Below, piece by piece: positions 51,100 through 62,093 of a DNA stretch of 64,000 nucleotides; positions within the stretch are counted from its first letter, which is position 1; each line of letters opens with the position of its first letter. Where the stretch lies: contig CATNEN010000034.1 of the NCBI GenBank assembly GCA_950097015.1, positions 5,766,001 through 5,830,000 of the forward strand, read 5' to 3'. Position numbers and translations under genes: made by a program. The stretch comes from Macrostomum hystrix (Eukaryota; Animalia; Platyhelminthes). A model generated the notes under the pieces. The model was given only the letters and a program-made list of their open reading frames with translations. It was not told the DNA's origin and made no database searches.

Positions 51100-51900
51100 A
51101 TCTGTAAGATACTGTTAATGCTATAAGATACTGTTAATGGTGTAATAAGATACTGTTAATGCTGTAAGATACTGTTAATGCTGTAAGATACTGTCTCTTA
51201 AAATTTGGAAGACTGGGAAACAGTATATATACTATTGCATGATTTGTACAGAACCCAAAAGCACTTTAATATTCCTCTCACAGTGATGCTAATGGCAATA
51301 TCCCCACCATGAAATGTAAATTCATTATTTTTTAGTAATAATGCTGACGAACAATAATTACAGTATGGAAAATGGAAATTTGGAAAATTACAGTATGGAA
51401 ATTACTCATGGAAAATGATTAAGGAATGCAGATATCTTGTATAATAGCTTTATAAAAAACGGAATCGATTTGTTTTATATCTAAGGGAGATCTATATGAG
51501 ATCTCATTTAGGTTTAGATTATTTCTCACAATTTAACAAATTGTAAATCTCACAATTTAGGAAATCTCAATGAGACTTTAGGAAATCTCAATGAGACTTT
51601 AGGAAATCTCAATGAGACTTTAGGAAATCTCAATGAGATTATAAGAAATCTCAATGAGATTATAAGAAATCTCAATGAGATTACTCTAAGAAATCACAAT
51701 GAGATTATTTTAAGAAATCACAATGAGATTACTCTAAGAAATCACAATGAGATTACTCTAAGAAATCACAATCTCATTGAGATTACTCTAAGAAATCTCA
51801 ATGAGATTACTCTAAGAAATCTCAATGAGATTACTCTAAGAAATCACAATGAGATTCTAAGAAATCTCAATGCGACTTTAATCTCAATCTCTCTACGAAA
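51100..51900. repeat. Two short arrays: 19-bp AAGATACTGTTAATGCTGT (51100-51195) and 20-24-bp GAAATCTCAATGAGA-based (51545-51900)
   Basis: Direct reading. Confidence 0.85.
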
Positions 51901-52159
51901 TCTAAAAACGAGACGTGGAAATAGGAGAATGTGGGAATCGAAGACCTGAAATTTATTTCTTAGAATATCTCAATGAGATTTTAGGATACCACAGTGAGAC
52001 CTTAAGTGATCTCAATGCGAGACTTCTTTGGGATATCTAAATGTGATTTCTATTGAGGTAAAATACGAAAAGAAGAAATCTCATAGATCTTAATATAATT
52101 TTAATGAGATAGCGAGTAGCAAAAACATTTCCCAATAGTGAAAAGTGGTAGCGGAATGA

Positions 52160-53936
52160 CTAGAGCGACTCTGTCCTGCCCTGGCCGGGTGGCTGTAGGA
52201 CGATTCGCGGAAAAGCCCTGGCGCTGGCCTGACGCTCGTGCGGAGTGACTCTAATGCCGTCCAGATCCTGCAGCCGACGGCCGCACTGCGAGATCACAAA
52301 GTGCCTACGGATATGCGCGGAAGGAGAGAGAGTGCCAGGTTAGGGTTTTTAAACACGCAGTTGTGAAATTCATGTTAGCTAGAATTTAAACCGCTAAAGA
52401 GCTTTTAGATGCAATAAAGCACTTCGATCCAGGCTGTCTCTGTACGCCGATTCCGCGGCGAGGTCACATTTATTCGAGGCGCAGCCGCGGAGAGAAGGCT
52501 TGGGGGCTTGACGTGCAATTTACGCCCTTTAAGGGCCAACCTCATGACATACTATGCCTGACGATGAAAAAGTCAGTTCAGATCAGATGTACACACCTGT
52601 GTGTGTGTCTGTGCACGGTATCTGTGTGCGTGTGTGCTCAGGAGTCAGCGAAATGGGCAGAATTGCCACCAAATCATGCGCCATTGCCCGCAGCCCTCCT
52701 GCAATAAACACAAATCCTTCTCTAACCCCAAATACTTCTCTAATCCCAATTCTTCTCTAATCCTAAATCCTTCTCTAACCCCAAATCCTTCTCTAATCAG
52801 AAATCCTTCTCTAATCATAAATCCTTCTCTAACCCCAAATCCTTCTCTAATCCGAAATCCTTCTCTAACCCCAAATCCTTCTCTAACCCCAAATCCTTCT
52901 CTAATCCCAAATCCTTCTCTAACCCCAAATCCTTCTCTAACCCCAAATCCTTCTCTAACCCCAAATCCTTCTCTACCCGAAATCGTTCTCTAATCCCAAA
53001 TCCTTATCTACCCGAAATCATTCTCTAATCCCAAATCCTTCTCTAACCCCAAATCCTTCTCTAATCACAAATCCTTCTCTAACCCCAAATCCTTCTCTAA
53101 TCCCAAATCCTTATCTACCCGAAATCATTCTCTAATCCTAAATCCTTCTCCACCACCAATAAGCCTCACCTGTAATCCTCGTAGTCACTATAGGAGGCCC
53201 CATTGAAATAGCTGGGCGCGGCCGGATTGTCCATCATAGACAGCGAGCTCAGGCTGGGACAGCAGCGGACCAGCCTGTGAACGCAGTCGGCCAGATTGTG
53301 CAAACTGTTGCGATTGAGCCAAAGCACCCGCAGGCGGGGCAGATTAGGCAGGTGGGCCAGACAGGTGAGCCGGTTGCCATCTAGAACTAGAGTGTCCAGG
53401 CTCGGCAGGCGAGACAGTTCGCGCAGGCTGGCATCGGTCAGGCAGTTGCCAGATAGGTCCAGCTCAGTGATCTGGTTGCTAGGCGGCTGCCACAGCGCCT
53501 GGGCTGAGGCCAGATCAGTGAGGCCGCGGTAGGCGAGCGAGAGGCGCTGAAAGACAAGCGTGATCGAATGAATATGTAAACAGTAAACTGTAAACAGTAA
53601 ACAGTAAACAGTAAACTATAAACAGTAAACTGTAAACAGTAAACTGTAAACAGTAAACTGTAAACAGTAAACTGTAAACAGTAAACTGTAAACAGTAAAC
53701 TGTAAACAGTAAACTGTAAACAGTAAACTGTAAACAGTAAACAGTAAACTGTAAACAGTAAATTCTACACAGACGATAGAAAAAAAACCGAACCCAAGAA
53801 ATTCTTAAGCCCAAATGGAAGCAAGTTGTGGCAATTTATTTCTCCATCAACAATTTTGTATTCTATATTTGTAAACTAATTATTTTTAGTAGTACAATTA
53901 ACAGTTTCTTACGCTCCAAATTAAACTACGCCGCAT
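52160..53936 (-). CDS. LRMDA-like short LRR/LRRcap protein, about 181 aa; exons 53936-53913 (tentative), 53546-53170, 52304-52160
   Basis: RLSLAYRGL..ELDLSGNCL..LDTLVLDGNRL..LRVLWLNRNSL..LSMMDNPAAPSYFNG..YEDYR|HFVISQCGRRLQDLDGIRVTPHER (LRRcap YRxxV..LxxLD..VTxxER). The last two exons were missed by the ORF track; junctions are in phase. Confidence 0.82.
52449..52703 (+). mobile_element. SINE family 1 copy, diverged and truncated, in the last intron of the LRMDA-like gene (antisense to host)
   Basis: GATTCCGCGGCGAGGTCACATTTATT..GGAGAGAAGGC..TGCCTGACGATGAAAAAGTCAG..GTGTGCTCAGGAGTCAG. Confidence 0.88.
52715..53150. repeat. 18-bp minisatellite (AAATCCTTCTCTAACCCC)
   Basis: Direct periodicity. 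Confidence 0.94.
53576..53762. repeat. 7/14-bp repeat (GTAAACA/GTAAACT)
   Basis: Direct periodicity. Confidence 0.94.
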
Positions 53937-53996
53937 GATGTAACAGCTGAGAAAGCTAGTTTGTGTCAATTTGTGATTAACCTAGAGTCACTACTG

Positions 53997-54002
53997 TTTA
54001 AT
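53997..54002 (-). promoter_or_regulatory. Candidate polyadenylation signal ATTAAA of AIMP1
   Basis: 54 nt downstream of the AIMP1 stop on the minus strand. Confidence 0.5.
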
Positions 54003-54055
54003 AAGTAGACAGGTTCAACTGGTCCATAATGTTCTGGCACAAGGGCAGCATTTGG

Positions 54056-56181
54056 CTAAGAGATCTGGGCCGATTTCAAGGTGGGTGCGCGCACCTCGCC
54101 CTTGCCAGGCACGAGCCATTTGGCGCCGTTGAAACCGGCGAAGCCGTCGGCGTCAACCAGGCAGTGCGGCTTCAGCGTCTCCCAGATCTTCTTCTTAGGA
54201 TTCAGCTGGGCGTCCGGCGGCCGTTCCGACGGGCTCGGAAAACCAGCAACGGCGACGCGATCTCCGGGTGCGGAGCCAGCTGGGGGATTCAAGGGTTCAA
54301 CGGAGCCGGAGGCAGAGGCGCACATGATCATGCCCTCGCTGGAGATGCCGCGCATCTTGGCCGGCTTCAGGTTCAACAGGAAGACGGCAAGGCGGCCTGG
54401 AATGGAATGGAATGCTTTTTGCATATTGAGAATAGTGAAGACTATTGAAGCAGATGGAAGCAGGCAGGTAAGACAGAATAAGACAGAAAACAGATAGGTG
54501 AGACAAAAGCAGACGGAAAACAGACATGTGAGGCAGAAGCAAACGTAAAAGGACAGGTGAGGCAGAAGCAGACAGAAAAAGACAGGTGAGGCAGAAGCAG
54601 AAGGAAAAGGACAGGTGAGACAGAAGAAGACGTAAAAGGTCAGGTCAGTCAGAAGCAAACAGAAAGACAGGTGAGGCAGAAGCAAACAGAAAGACAGGTG
54701 AGGCAGAAGCAAACGTAAAAGGACAGGTGAGGCAGAAGCAGACGGAAAAAGACAGGTGAGGCAGAAGCAAACGTAAAAGGACAGGTGAGGCAGAAGCAAA
54801 CGTAAAAGGACAGGTGAGGCAGAAGCAGACGGAAAAAGACAGGTGAGGCAGAAGCAAACGTAAAAGGACAGGTGAGGCAGAAGCAAACGTAAAAGGACAG
54901 GTGAGGCAGAAGCAGACGGAAAAAGACAGGTGAGGCAGAAGCAAACGTAAAAGGACAGGTGAGGCAGAAGCAGACGGAAAAGACATGTGAGGCAGAAGCA
55001 GACGGAAAACAGACAGGTGAGGCAGAAGCAGACGGAAAAAGACAGGTGAGGCATAAGCAGACGGAAGAAGGCAGTCTGAGATATAACATGACAGCAGCAG
55101 ACGGAAACACAGACAAGATTGTAACGGCAATGGAGGAATGGACTCACCCTGCAATTCGGCGAGTGGCACGTGAGCAGCCAGGCCACTAACAATGGTGCGC
55201 GGCCGATCTTCGCCAACGTCAACAGTTTCAACGTAGAGCGCATCAGCGTCCGGGTGCTTCTCGGCGGACACGATGCGGCCGACGCGCAGGTCGAGTCGGG
55301 TGACGTCTAGGCCGCCATCGGCTGCGGCTGCAGCGGGAGCAGCAGCGGCGGCGGGTGCGGCATCTTTGCCCTTCTTAGCAGCTTGGGCTGGCTTGCCCTG
55401 AGACGAGTCTTTGCCTTTCTCGGCCTGCAAGAAGAGTAAATAAAAAATAATCATCGAATCATTCAGTAGAGTTTATATAACTAAGCTGTTAAAATAGTTG
55501 GTGTTTGAATAGGTCCAGTTGGTGTTTGAATAGGTCCAGTTGGTGTTTGAATAGGTCCAGTTGGTGTTTGAATAGGTCCAGTTGGTGTTTGAATAGGTCC
55601 AGTTGGTGTTTGAATAGGTCCAGTTGGTGTTTGAATAGGTCCAGTTGGTGTTTGAATAGGTCCAGTTGGTGTTTGAATAGGTCCAGTTGGTGTTTGAATA
55701 GGTCCAGTTGGTGTTTGAATAGGTCCAGTTGGTGTTTGAATAGGTCCAGTTGGTGTTTGAATAGGTCCAGTTGGTGTTTGAATAGGTCCAGTTGGTGTTT
55801 GAATAGGTCCATCATTTCAGTTCAGGCAAACATGAATTGTAAAGAATTTTTTCCACAAATTTCGCTTACCTTGGCTGGCTGTTTCTTGTTAGCGTTGCCA
55901 TTAGCCGCCGCAGGCTCAGACTTGGACTCTTCAGCCGGCGCCTTGGCGGCGGGCGCAGGCGCCAGCAGTGGCACCTGGGCAATGCCGTTGTTCATCTGCA
56001 GCCGGACCAGCTGGTCGCGCAGACGGTCGGCTTCGGCGCGCAGTTGAAGATTTTCAGCGGCCAGTTGGACTCGCAGCTGCTTGGCGGCGTCGCCGGATTT
56101 GGAGGCGGCGGCTGCGGTGGCCGCGGACTGCAGCAAAGCGAGCTGGCCGCGAACCTCGGCTAGGAGCTCCTGAGCAGTGGC
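54056..56181 (-). CDS. AIMP1: AIMP1/p43 (EMAP-II domain); exons 56181-55870, 55424-55148, 54396-54056; no start-codon exon identified
   Basis: [30 protein letters not shown]; [39 protein letters not shown]; [33 protein letters not shown]. Introns are in phase. Confidence 0.93.
54440..55115. repeat. About 29-33-bp minisatellite (GACAGGTGAGGCAGAAGCAAACGTAAAAG variants), AIMP1 intron
   Basis: Direct periodicity. Confidence 0.94.
55497..55810. repeat. 21-bp perfect minisatellite (TTGGTGTTTGAATAGGTCCAG), about 15 copies, AIMP1 intron
   Basis: Identical units. Confidence 0.97.
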
Positions 56182-56332
56182 CTGAAAATTGAAAAATTAT
56201 CTGTAATTCAAGGTCGCGTTTTCACTCTAAAATATCGGAATCGGTTTCTAAGGAGGGCTTAGACGGACAAAACATCGGGAAATCCGAAAAGTGAGGAAAT
56301 TCCAGCAAAAAAACTAAGAAGAGAAGTAGCCG

Positions 56333-57015
56333 AAAGCATATGGGAAACAGCCGAAAGCATATGGGAAACAGCCGAAAGCATATGGGAAACAGCCGAAAGC
56401 GTATGGGAAACAGCCGAAAGCATATGGGAAACAGAAGAAAGCATATGGGAAACAACCGAAAGCGTATGGGAAACAGCCGAAAGCATATGGGAAACAGCCG
56501 AAAGCGTATGGGAAACAGCCGAAAGCATATGGGAAACAGAAGAAAGCATATGGGAAACAACCGAAAGCGTATGGGAAACAGCCGAAAGCATATGGGAAAC
56601 AACCGAAAGCGTATGGGAAACAGCCGAAAGCATATGGGAAACAGCCGAAAGAGGATGGCAAACTGCCAAAATAGGATGGCAAACTGTCGAAAGTGTATAC
56701 AAAAATGCTGAAAGAGGATGGGAAACTGTCGAAAGTGTATAGGAAACAACCGAAAGAGGATGGGAAACTGTCGAAAGTGTATAGGAAACAACCGAAAGAG
56801 GATGGGAAACTGTCGAAAGTGTATAGGAAACAACCGAAAGAGGATGGGAAACTGTCGAAAGTGTATAGGAAACAACCGAAAGAGGATGGGAAACTGCCGA
56901 AAGTGTATACGAAACAGCCGAAAGAGGATGGAAAACAGCCGAAAGAGGATGGAAAACAGCCGAAAGAGGATGGAAAACAGCCGAAGGAGAATGGGAATCA
57001 GCCGAAAGAGAATGG
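56333..57015. repeat. 21-bp minisatellite (GGAAACAGCCGAAAGCATATG) with an internal 42-bp dimer segment
   Basis: Direct periodicity. Confidence 0.94.
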
Positions 57016-57938
57016 GAAACAGCTACAATTCCCAAGTTTCAAATAGTAGGATTATAATTTTCAAAGCAAAAACTTAAGGAAATAATGTTTTTACTGTGTA
57101 CCCGTAAATCATCAACTAACACCGATATAACAAATATATCATTGATTATAATAAGCATTTATTTGTTTCCATTTAACAATTACAACACAGTGGAACGAAC
57201 ACGCAGGATAATATAAAGTATTGTCTGACATCGACCAAAGGAGACCGAGCGAGTGAGAAGGTCCGTATAGCTCTGTTTGCTGAATAACAAAATCTAAAAT
57301 CACCAGACAAAATAATAAAATGAGCTATAACAATAATTTTTTAGTTCAAAATATCTGCACAATGGATATATCTCAAGGGACACAAGATAAGAGTGGAAAG
57401 ACAGATGCATTTTTTCGCTTTTTAGCTCTGAAACCGGACGAAAGTCTACTAATGATAGTAGTAAAACACGATTTCTTCAAATTTAAGAGAAGGAAAGAGA
57501 TGACAAATTTGAATCGAGAAAATAGTTTAAAAAATGGCCGACTTATCTAAAACCAATATAGTTATCAATTATTTTAACAACTAATGCATCATTAAATCAA
57601 TAATTTTTTAGATTCAAAGCAAACAAACCAAGTAGATTGTCAATAGCCACAATAGCTTACTACCAGTAGCTTGTAGTAAAGATATTGCGTCCAGGAATAT
57701 ATATATATAGATATTTAAAAGGACACAAACTAGTTATTTTTATACCTTCTACCTAGCTCTCAGTAAGTAAAAGCAATTTGAAGTTCAGTTTCGGCCCCAA
57801 AGTATATGGCCTAAACGCGTTGACTATTTAATAGATTCCCGACTGATAATTTGATTCGTGTCATTGCCTAGTCAATAGTCTATGGCTAAAATTTTACTGA
57901 CCGGGCCAAGAAGTTAATAACAAAACTAGGTTATAAAC

Positions 57939-58183
57939 CAAGGACTTCTATATAATAGCATCTATAGAAGTCCTTGTTATAAACATTAAAACCACTCTAA
58001 ATCAACAAAATAACCTTGCCCTTTATGGCCATAGACAACTTTCAGGAGGTTTCAAGCAAGGACCGCTTGTAGAATAAGGAAGGACGGGACACTTCGTTTC
58101 TTGAAGTGTCATTGAAGTGAAAATCTGCCTTCAATAAAATTTCCAAGAAACGAAATGCCCCGTCCTACTTCTAGTGGTCCTTG
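57939..58183. mobile_element. Two MITE-like hairpins with CAAGGAC..GTCCTTG ends (57939-57976 and 58057-58183)
   Basis: CAAGGACTTCTATA/TATAGAAGTCCTTG is a perfect 14-bp stem; the second has AGGACGGGACACTTCGTTTCTTG/CAAGAAACGAAATGCCCCGTCCT arms. Confidence 0.6.
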
Positions 58184-58292
58184 GATTCAAGGCAGCGCCA
58201 TGCCTACGAGCTAATAATAGTGCTTTTCTATTGGCCCTTAAATGGACCTTAAAAAACTAGTGTCTATGATCTTAATAGCCAGCTTCGTACAG

Positions 58293-60260
58293 TCAAATCA
58301 CGAATGTATCACCGCGACAGCCTCTGCAGCTGTGCAGGGCCAGCTGTTCGCAGGCGCGCGACTCCGGCGACGCGTAGGCGGCCGAATATCGTCCGGTGCC
58401 GTCAGCTAGCAGATTAGGCGCCGATGCGGCGCCAAGAGCTTCAACAGCGGCCGCCTCGCCCGGTGTACAGTCTCGACAGGCCTCTAGATGACGCAGAGCG
58501 CCGGCCTGTTATTGAAGCAACAGACGATGCAGCCTTACCGCTATGGCGACCGCGCCATTGTTGCCAGAGGCGCAGAGAGATGTGCCGATTATGAATAGAC
58601 AACTCCAAGGTGTTATTTGGCGGCTCAGGCGAGAAAGTTGAATCCTGACTGGCCGCCAGCAGGTACAAATGACTGAAAGTGTCAGCCAGATCCGAGCGCA
58701 ACTGTTGCCGCTCCTGCAGCATCAGGTCTAGAGCCTTAGAAGCGCCAGAATAGCTGGACCGCAGGCGGGCACGCCAACCGGCTAGCTCGTCGATCATGAC
58801 CCTGCCGGCTGTGAATTTGCTGCGCCAAACGTCGGCTTCAATAGCCAGACGATCGCGTTCTTCAACTACCTCAGAGCAGCGAGCATTGGCTTCGACTAGT
58901 TGAGCTGATAATTGAACTCGCTCATTGGATAACCGATCTAGCTGGGCCTGCAAGTCCAGGCCTAGGGCGGCAACCAATAGGCGCTTGAGATCGGAGTTGA
59001 CCTTGGCCAGCTCGTCGCAGCGTTTGCGCAGCGTCTCCGGCGTCTCAGTGCCGGCGTCTGCTGGCAACGCTTCCTGGTAATACAACGGTGCAGTTGAGCT
59101 GTCACGACCAGCATTAGGTCTCCTAAGGCGTCTATTGAATGATCATTGTACACGGTCAAATGAAGGATCATTACCATTTCTTCATGGGTCAGTTAAAGGA
59201 TCATTACCTTTCTTCATGGGTTAAAGGATCATTACCTTTCTTCATGGGTCAGTTAAAGGATCATTACCCTTCCTCAGGTAACAATTGAAGGATCATTACC
59301 CTTCCTCAGGTAACAATTGAAGGATCATTACCCTTCCTCAGGTAACAATTGAAGGATCATTACCCTTCCTCAGGTTAACAATTGAAGGATCATTACCCTT
59401 CCTCAGGTAACAATTGAAGGATCATTACCCTTCCTCAGGTAACAATTGAAGGATCATTACCCTTCCTCAGGTTAACAATTGAAGGATCATTACCCTTCCT
59501 CAGGTTAACAATTGAAGGATCATTACCCTTCCTCAGGTTAACAATTGAAGGATCATTACCCTTCCTCAGGTTAACAATTGAAGGATCATTACCCTTCCTC
59601 AGGTAACAATTGAAGGATTATTAGCCCTCTATGATTGGCTAGGAAATTGATTTACCAAATCACCAATCAACTCACGGTAGCGCTAACAGTAGCAGCTCCT
59701 TGAACAGCAGCAGCAGGTCCACCGCTTCCACTGCTATTAAGCAAGCCAACAACTCTACTAGATCTTAGAAAATCTTCCAACAAGCAGGACGTATCCAGGC
59801 TTAGAGCATCAGTTTGCACAGCCACAGATCGACTGTGACGACACGGCCTAACTAGAGCTGTGGGCTTTCCGCTGACGCTGGCGCCGGGAGACGCTGACGA
59901 AGTCAACTGCTGATTGTGAGCTAGCAGCCAAGCCACAGTGGCCGCGTCGGTCTCGTAGGGCACCAACCGTCTAGACCGGATTGAATCCTCGCTACTAGGC
60001 TGGTTGGTCAATTGGAAACGACTGCGCAATGGCAGTGTACCGACGCCATTAGAAATTGTCGGCGACGAAACAGCGGCCACCGTGGCACACTTGTAGGGCT
60101 CGCGTGGCACCTCAGCGACCAGCTTCTTTTTCTTATTTTTAATACTATTGCGACTGTTTTTTAATTGTTTTAGTTCAACATTGTCTTCGTCTGTTAGCGA
60201 GCCGTCCTCATAGTCGGTATCGTTGTCTGCTACACCGAATTGTTGCTCAGTAGCGTGCAT
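58293..60260 (-). CDS. BLZF1: Golgin-45/BLZF1, about 436 aa; exons 60260-59676, 59073-58539, 58483-58293
   Basis: VNSDLKRLLVAALGLDLQAQLDRL..EADVWRSKFTAGRVMIDEL; TPGE and C-terminal CRGCRGDTFVI*, recovered by a 55-nt GTAAG..TAG intron. Confidence 0.88.
59160..59620. repeat. 32-33-bp minisatellite (GAAGGATCATTACCCTTCCTCAGGTAACAATT), Golgin-45 intron 1
   Basis: Direct periodicity. Confidence 0.94.
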
Positions 60261-61004
60261 TCTTCTATATAATCTTGCTAGTTATATCAGCACTCAAGTG
60301 TAGAAACTAGCAAAGTTTGCTGAAACGAAACGCGGGTTGTCTATGGTAAAAGTTGAAAGATAAAAGGCAAGTGTATTTCTATGTTCTATAACGTTATGTC
60401 TATGGTCCGAAGGGACGATAACGGGCACAATATACAAATATTGATACTGCATCCGAATAAAGAAAGTTAGCATAGATGCTTGATATAATAGGAGTCTTTG
60501 ATTTTTAAAGGACGCTAGAAAAATAGTTGTTTTTAAAAATCACTACTTTTTGCTTTAGTAGTCATTGACTTCTCATTCTCATTTCTGAGCCCATAATCTC
60601 TAATTGATCTGTATTTAACAAAGTTACTTTACACAACAAGCAAATTAATTGCGATATATTAATTATTATATATGAAGAGCCTCTTATGTATATGAAGAGG
60701 CTTAAATAAAAAACCGGTATAGAAAATTGGATAAACACTGGCCACTTTTCAATAATAATTGTCCGTTTAATAGGATATAGAACAGGTTACTATCAAACTA
60801 TCAAACTATCATAGTTATGACAAAGGAGACTTTAGCTTTAAGAAACTTTATTATAGTCAGAATTACAGTAAAACAATTTTTACTTAATATATCAAACTGA
60901 AGATAACATGCCCGAATCATATTAATAACAAAAATTTAACAAGCACAATTAAAGTATAAACTAAGAAATTAGTGATTCTTTTGCTGGAGTGAGGTCAGTA
61001 ACAT

Positions 61005-62050
61005 TTAGGGTGGGTGGAGTAACAACCGGTAGATTTAGGGCGGGTTTGGTGGGGTAACAGCCGGTAGATTTAGGGCGGGTTTGGTGGGGTAACAGCTGGT
61101 AGATTTAGGGCGGGTTTGGTGGGGTAACAGCCGGTAGATTTAGGGCGGGTTTTGTGGGGTAACAGCTGGTAGATTTAGGGCGGGTTTGGTGGGGTAACAG
61201 CTGGTAGATTTAGGGCGGGTTTGGTGGGGTAACAGCCGGTAGATTTAGGGCGGGTTTTGTGGAGTAACAGCCGGTAGATTTAGGGCGGGTTTGGTGGGGT
61301 AACAGCTGGTAGATTTAGGGTGGTTTTGGTGGGGTAACAGCCGGTAGATTTAGGGCGGGTTTGGTGGGGTAACAGCTGGTAGATTTAGGGTGGTTTTGGT
61401 GGGGTAACAGCCGGTAGATTTAGGGCGGGTTTGGTGGGGTAACAGCTGGTAGATTTAGGGTGGTTTTGGTGGGGTAACAGCCGGTAGACTTAGGGCGGGT
61501 TTGGTGGGGTAACAGCTGGTAGATTTAGGGCGGGTTTGGTGGGGTAACAGCTGGTAGATTTAGGGCGGGTTTGGTGGGGTAACAGCTGGTAGATTTAGGG
61601 TGGTTTTGGTGGGGTAACAGCTGGTAGATTTAGGGTGGTTTTGGTGGGGTAACAGCTGGTAGATTTAGGGCGGGTTTGGTGGGATAACAGCCAGTAGATT
61701 TAGGGCGGGTTTGGTGGGGTAAAAGTTGTGTAGATTTAGGGTGGTTTTGGTGGGGTAACAGCTGGTAGATTTAGGGTGGTTTTGGTGGGGTAACAGCTGG
61801 TAGATTTAGGGTGGTTTTGGTGGGGTAACAGCTGGTAGATTTAGGGTGGTTTTGGTGGGGTAACAGCTGGTAGATTTAGGGCGGTTTTGGTGGGGTAACA
61901 GCTGGTAGATTTAGGGTGGTTTTGGTGGGGTAACAGCTGGCAGATTTAGGGTGGTTTTGGTGGGGTAACAGCTCGTAGATTTAGGGTGGTTTTGGTGGGG
62001 TAACAGCTCGTAGATTTAGGGTGGTTTTAGTGGGGTAACAGCCGGTAGAC
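61005..62050. repeat. 35-bp G-rich minisatellite (GTAGATTTAGGGCGGGTTTGGTGGGGTAACAGCTG), about 29 copies
   Basis: Direct periodicity. Confidence 0.96.
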
Positions 62051-62093
62051 ATTCCAACGCATTACAAGCCCAGGGGTAAGCAAATTAAAGCAA

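Noticed and set aside
57200-57700. Candidate first exons for AIMP1 (SYTDLLTRSVSFG and LDAISLLQATG frames)
   Set aside because: Neither has an ATG plus a GT donor in the phase required by the 56181 acceptor.
61005-62050. Interstitial telomere
   Set aside because: TTAGGG occurs once per 35 bp, never as tandem hexamers.
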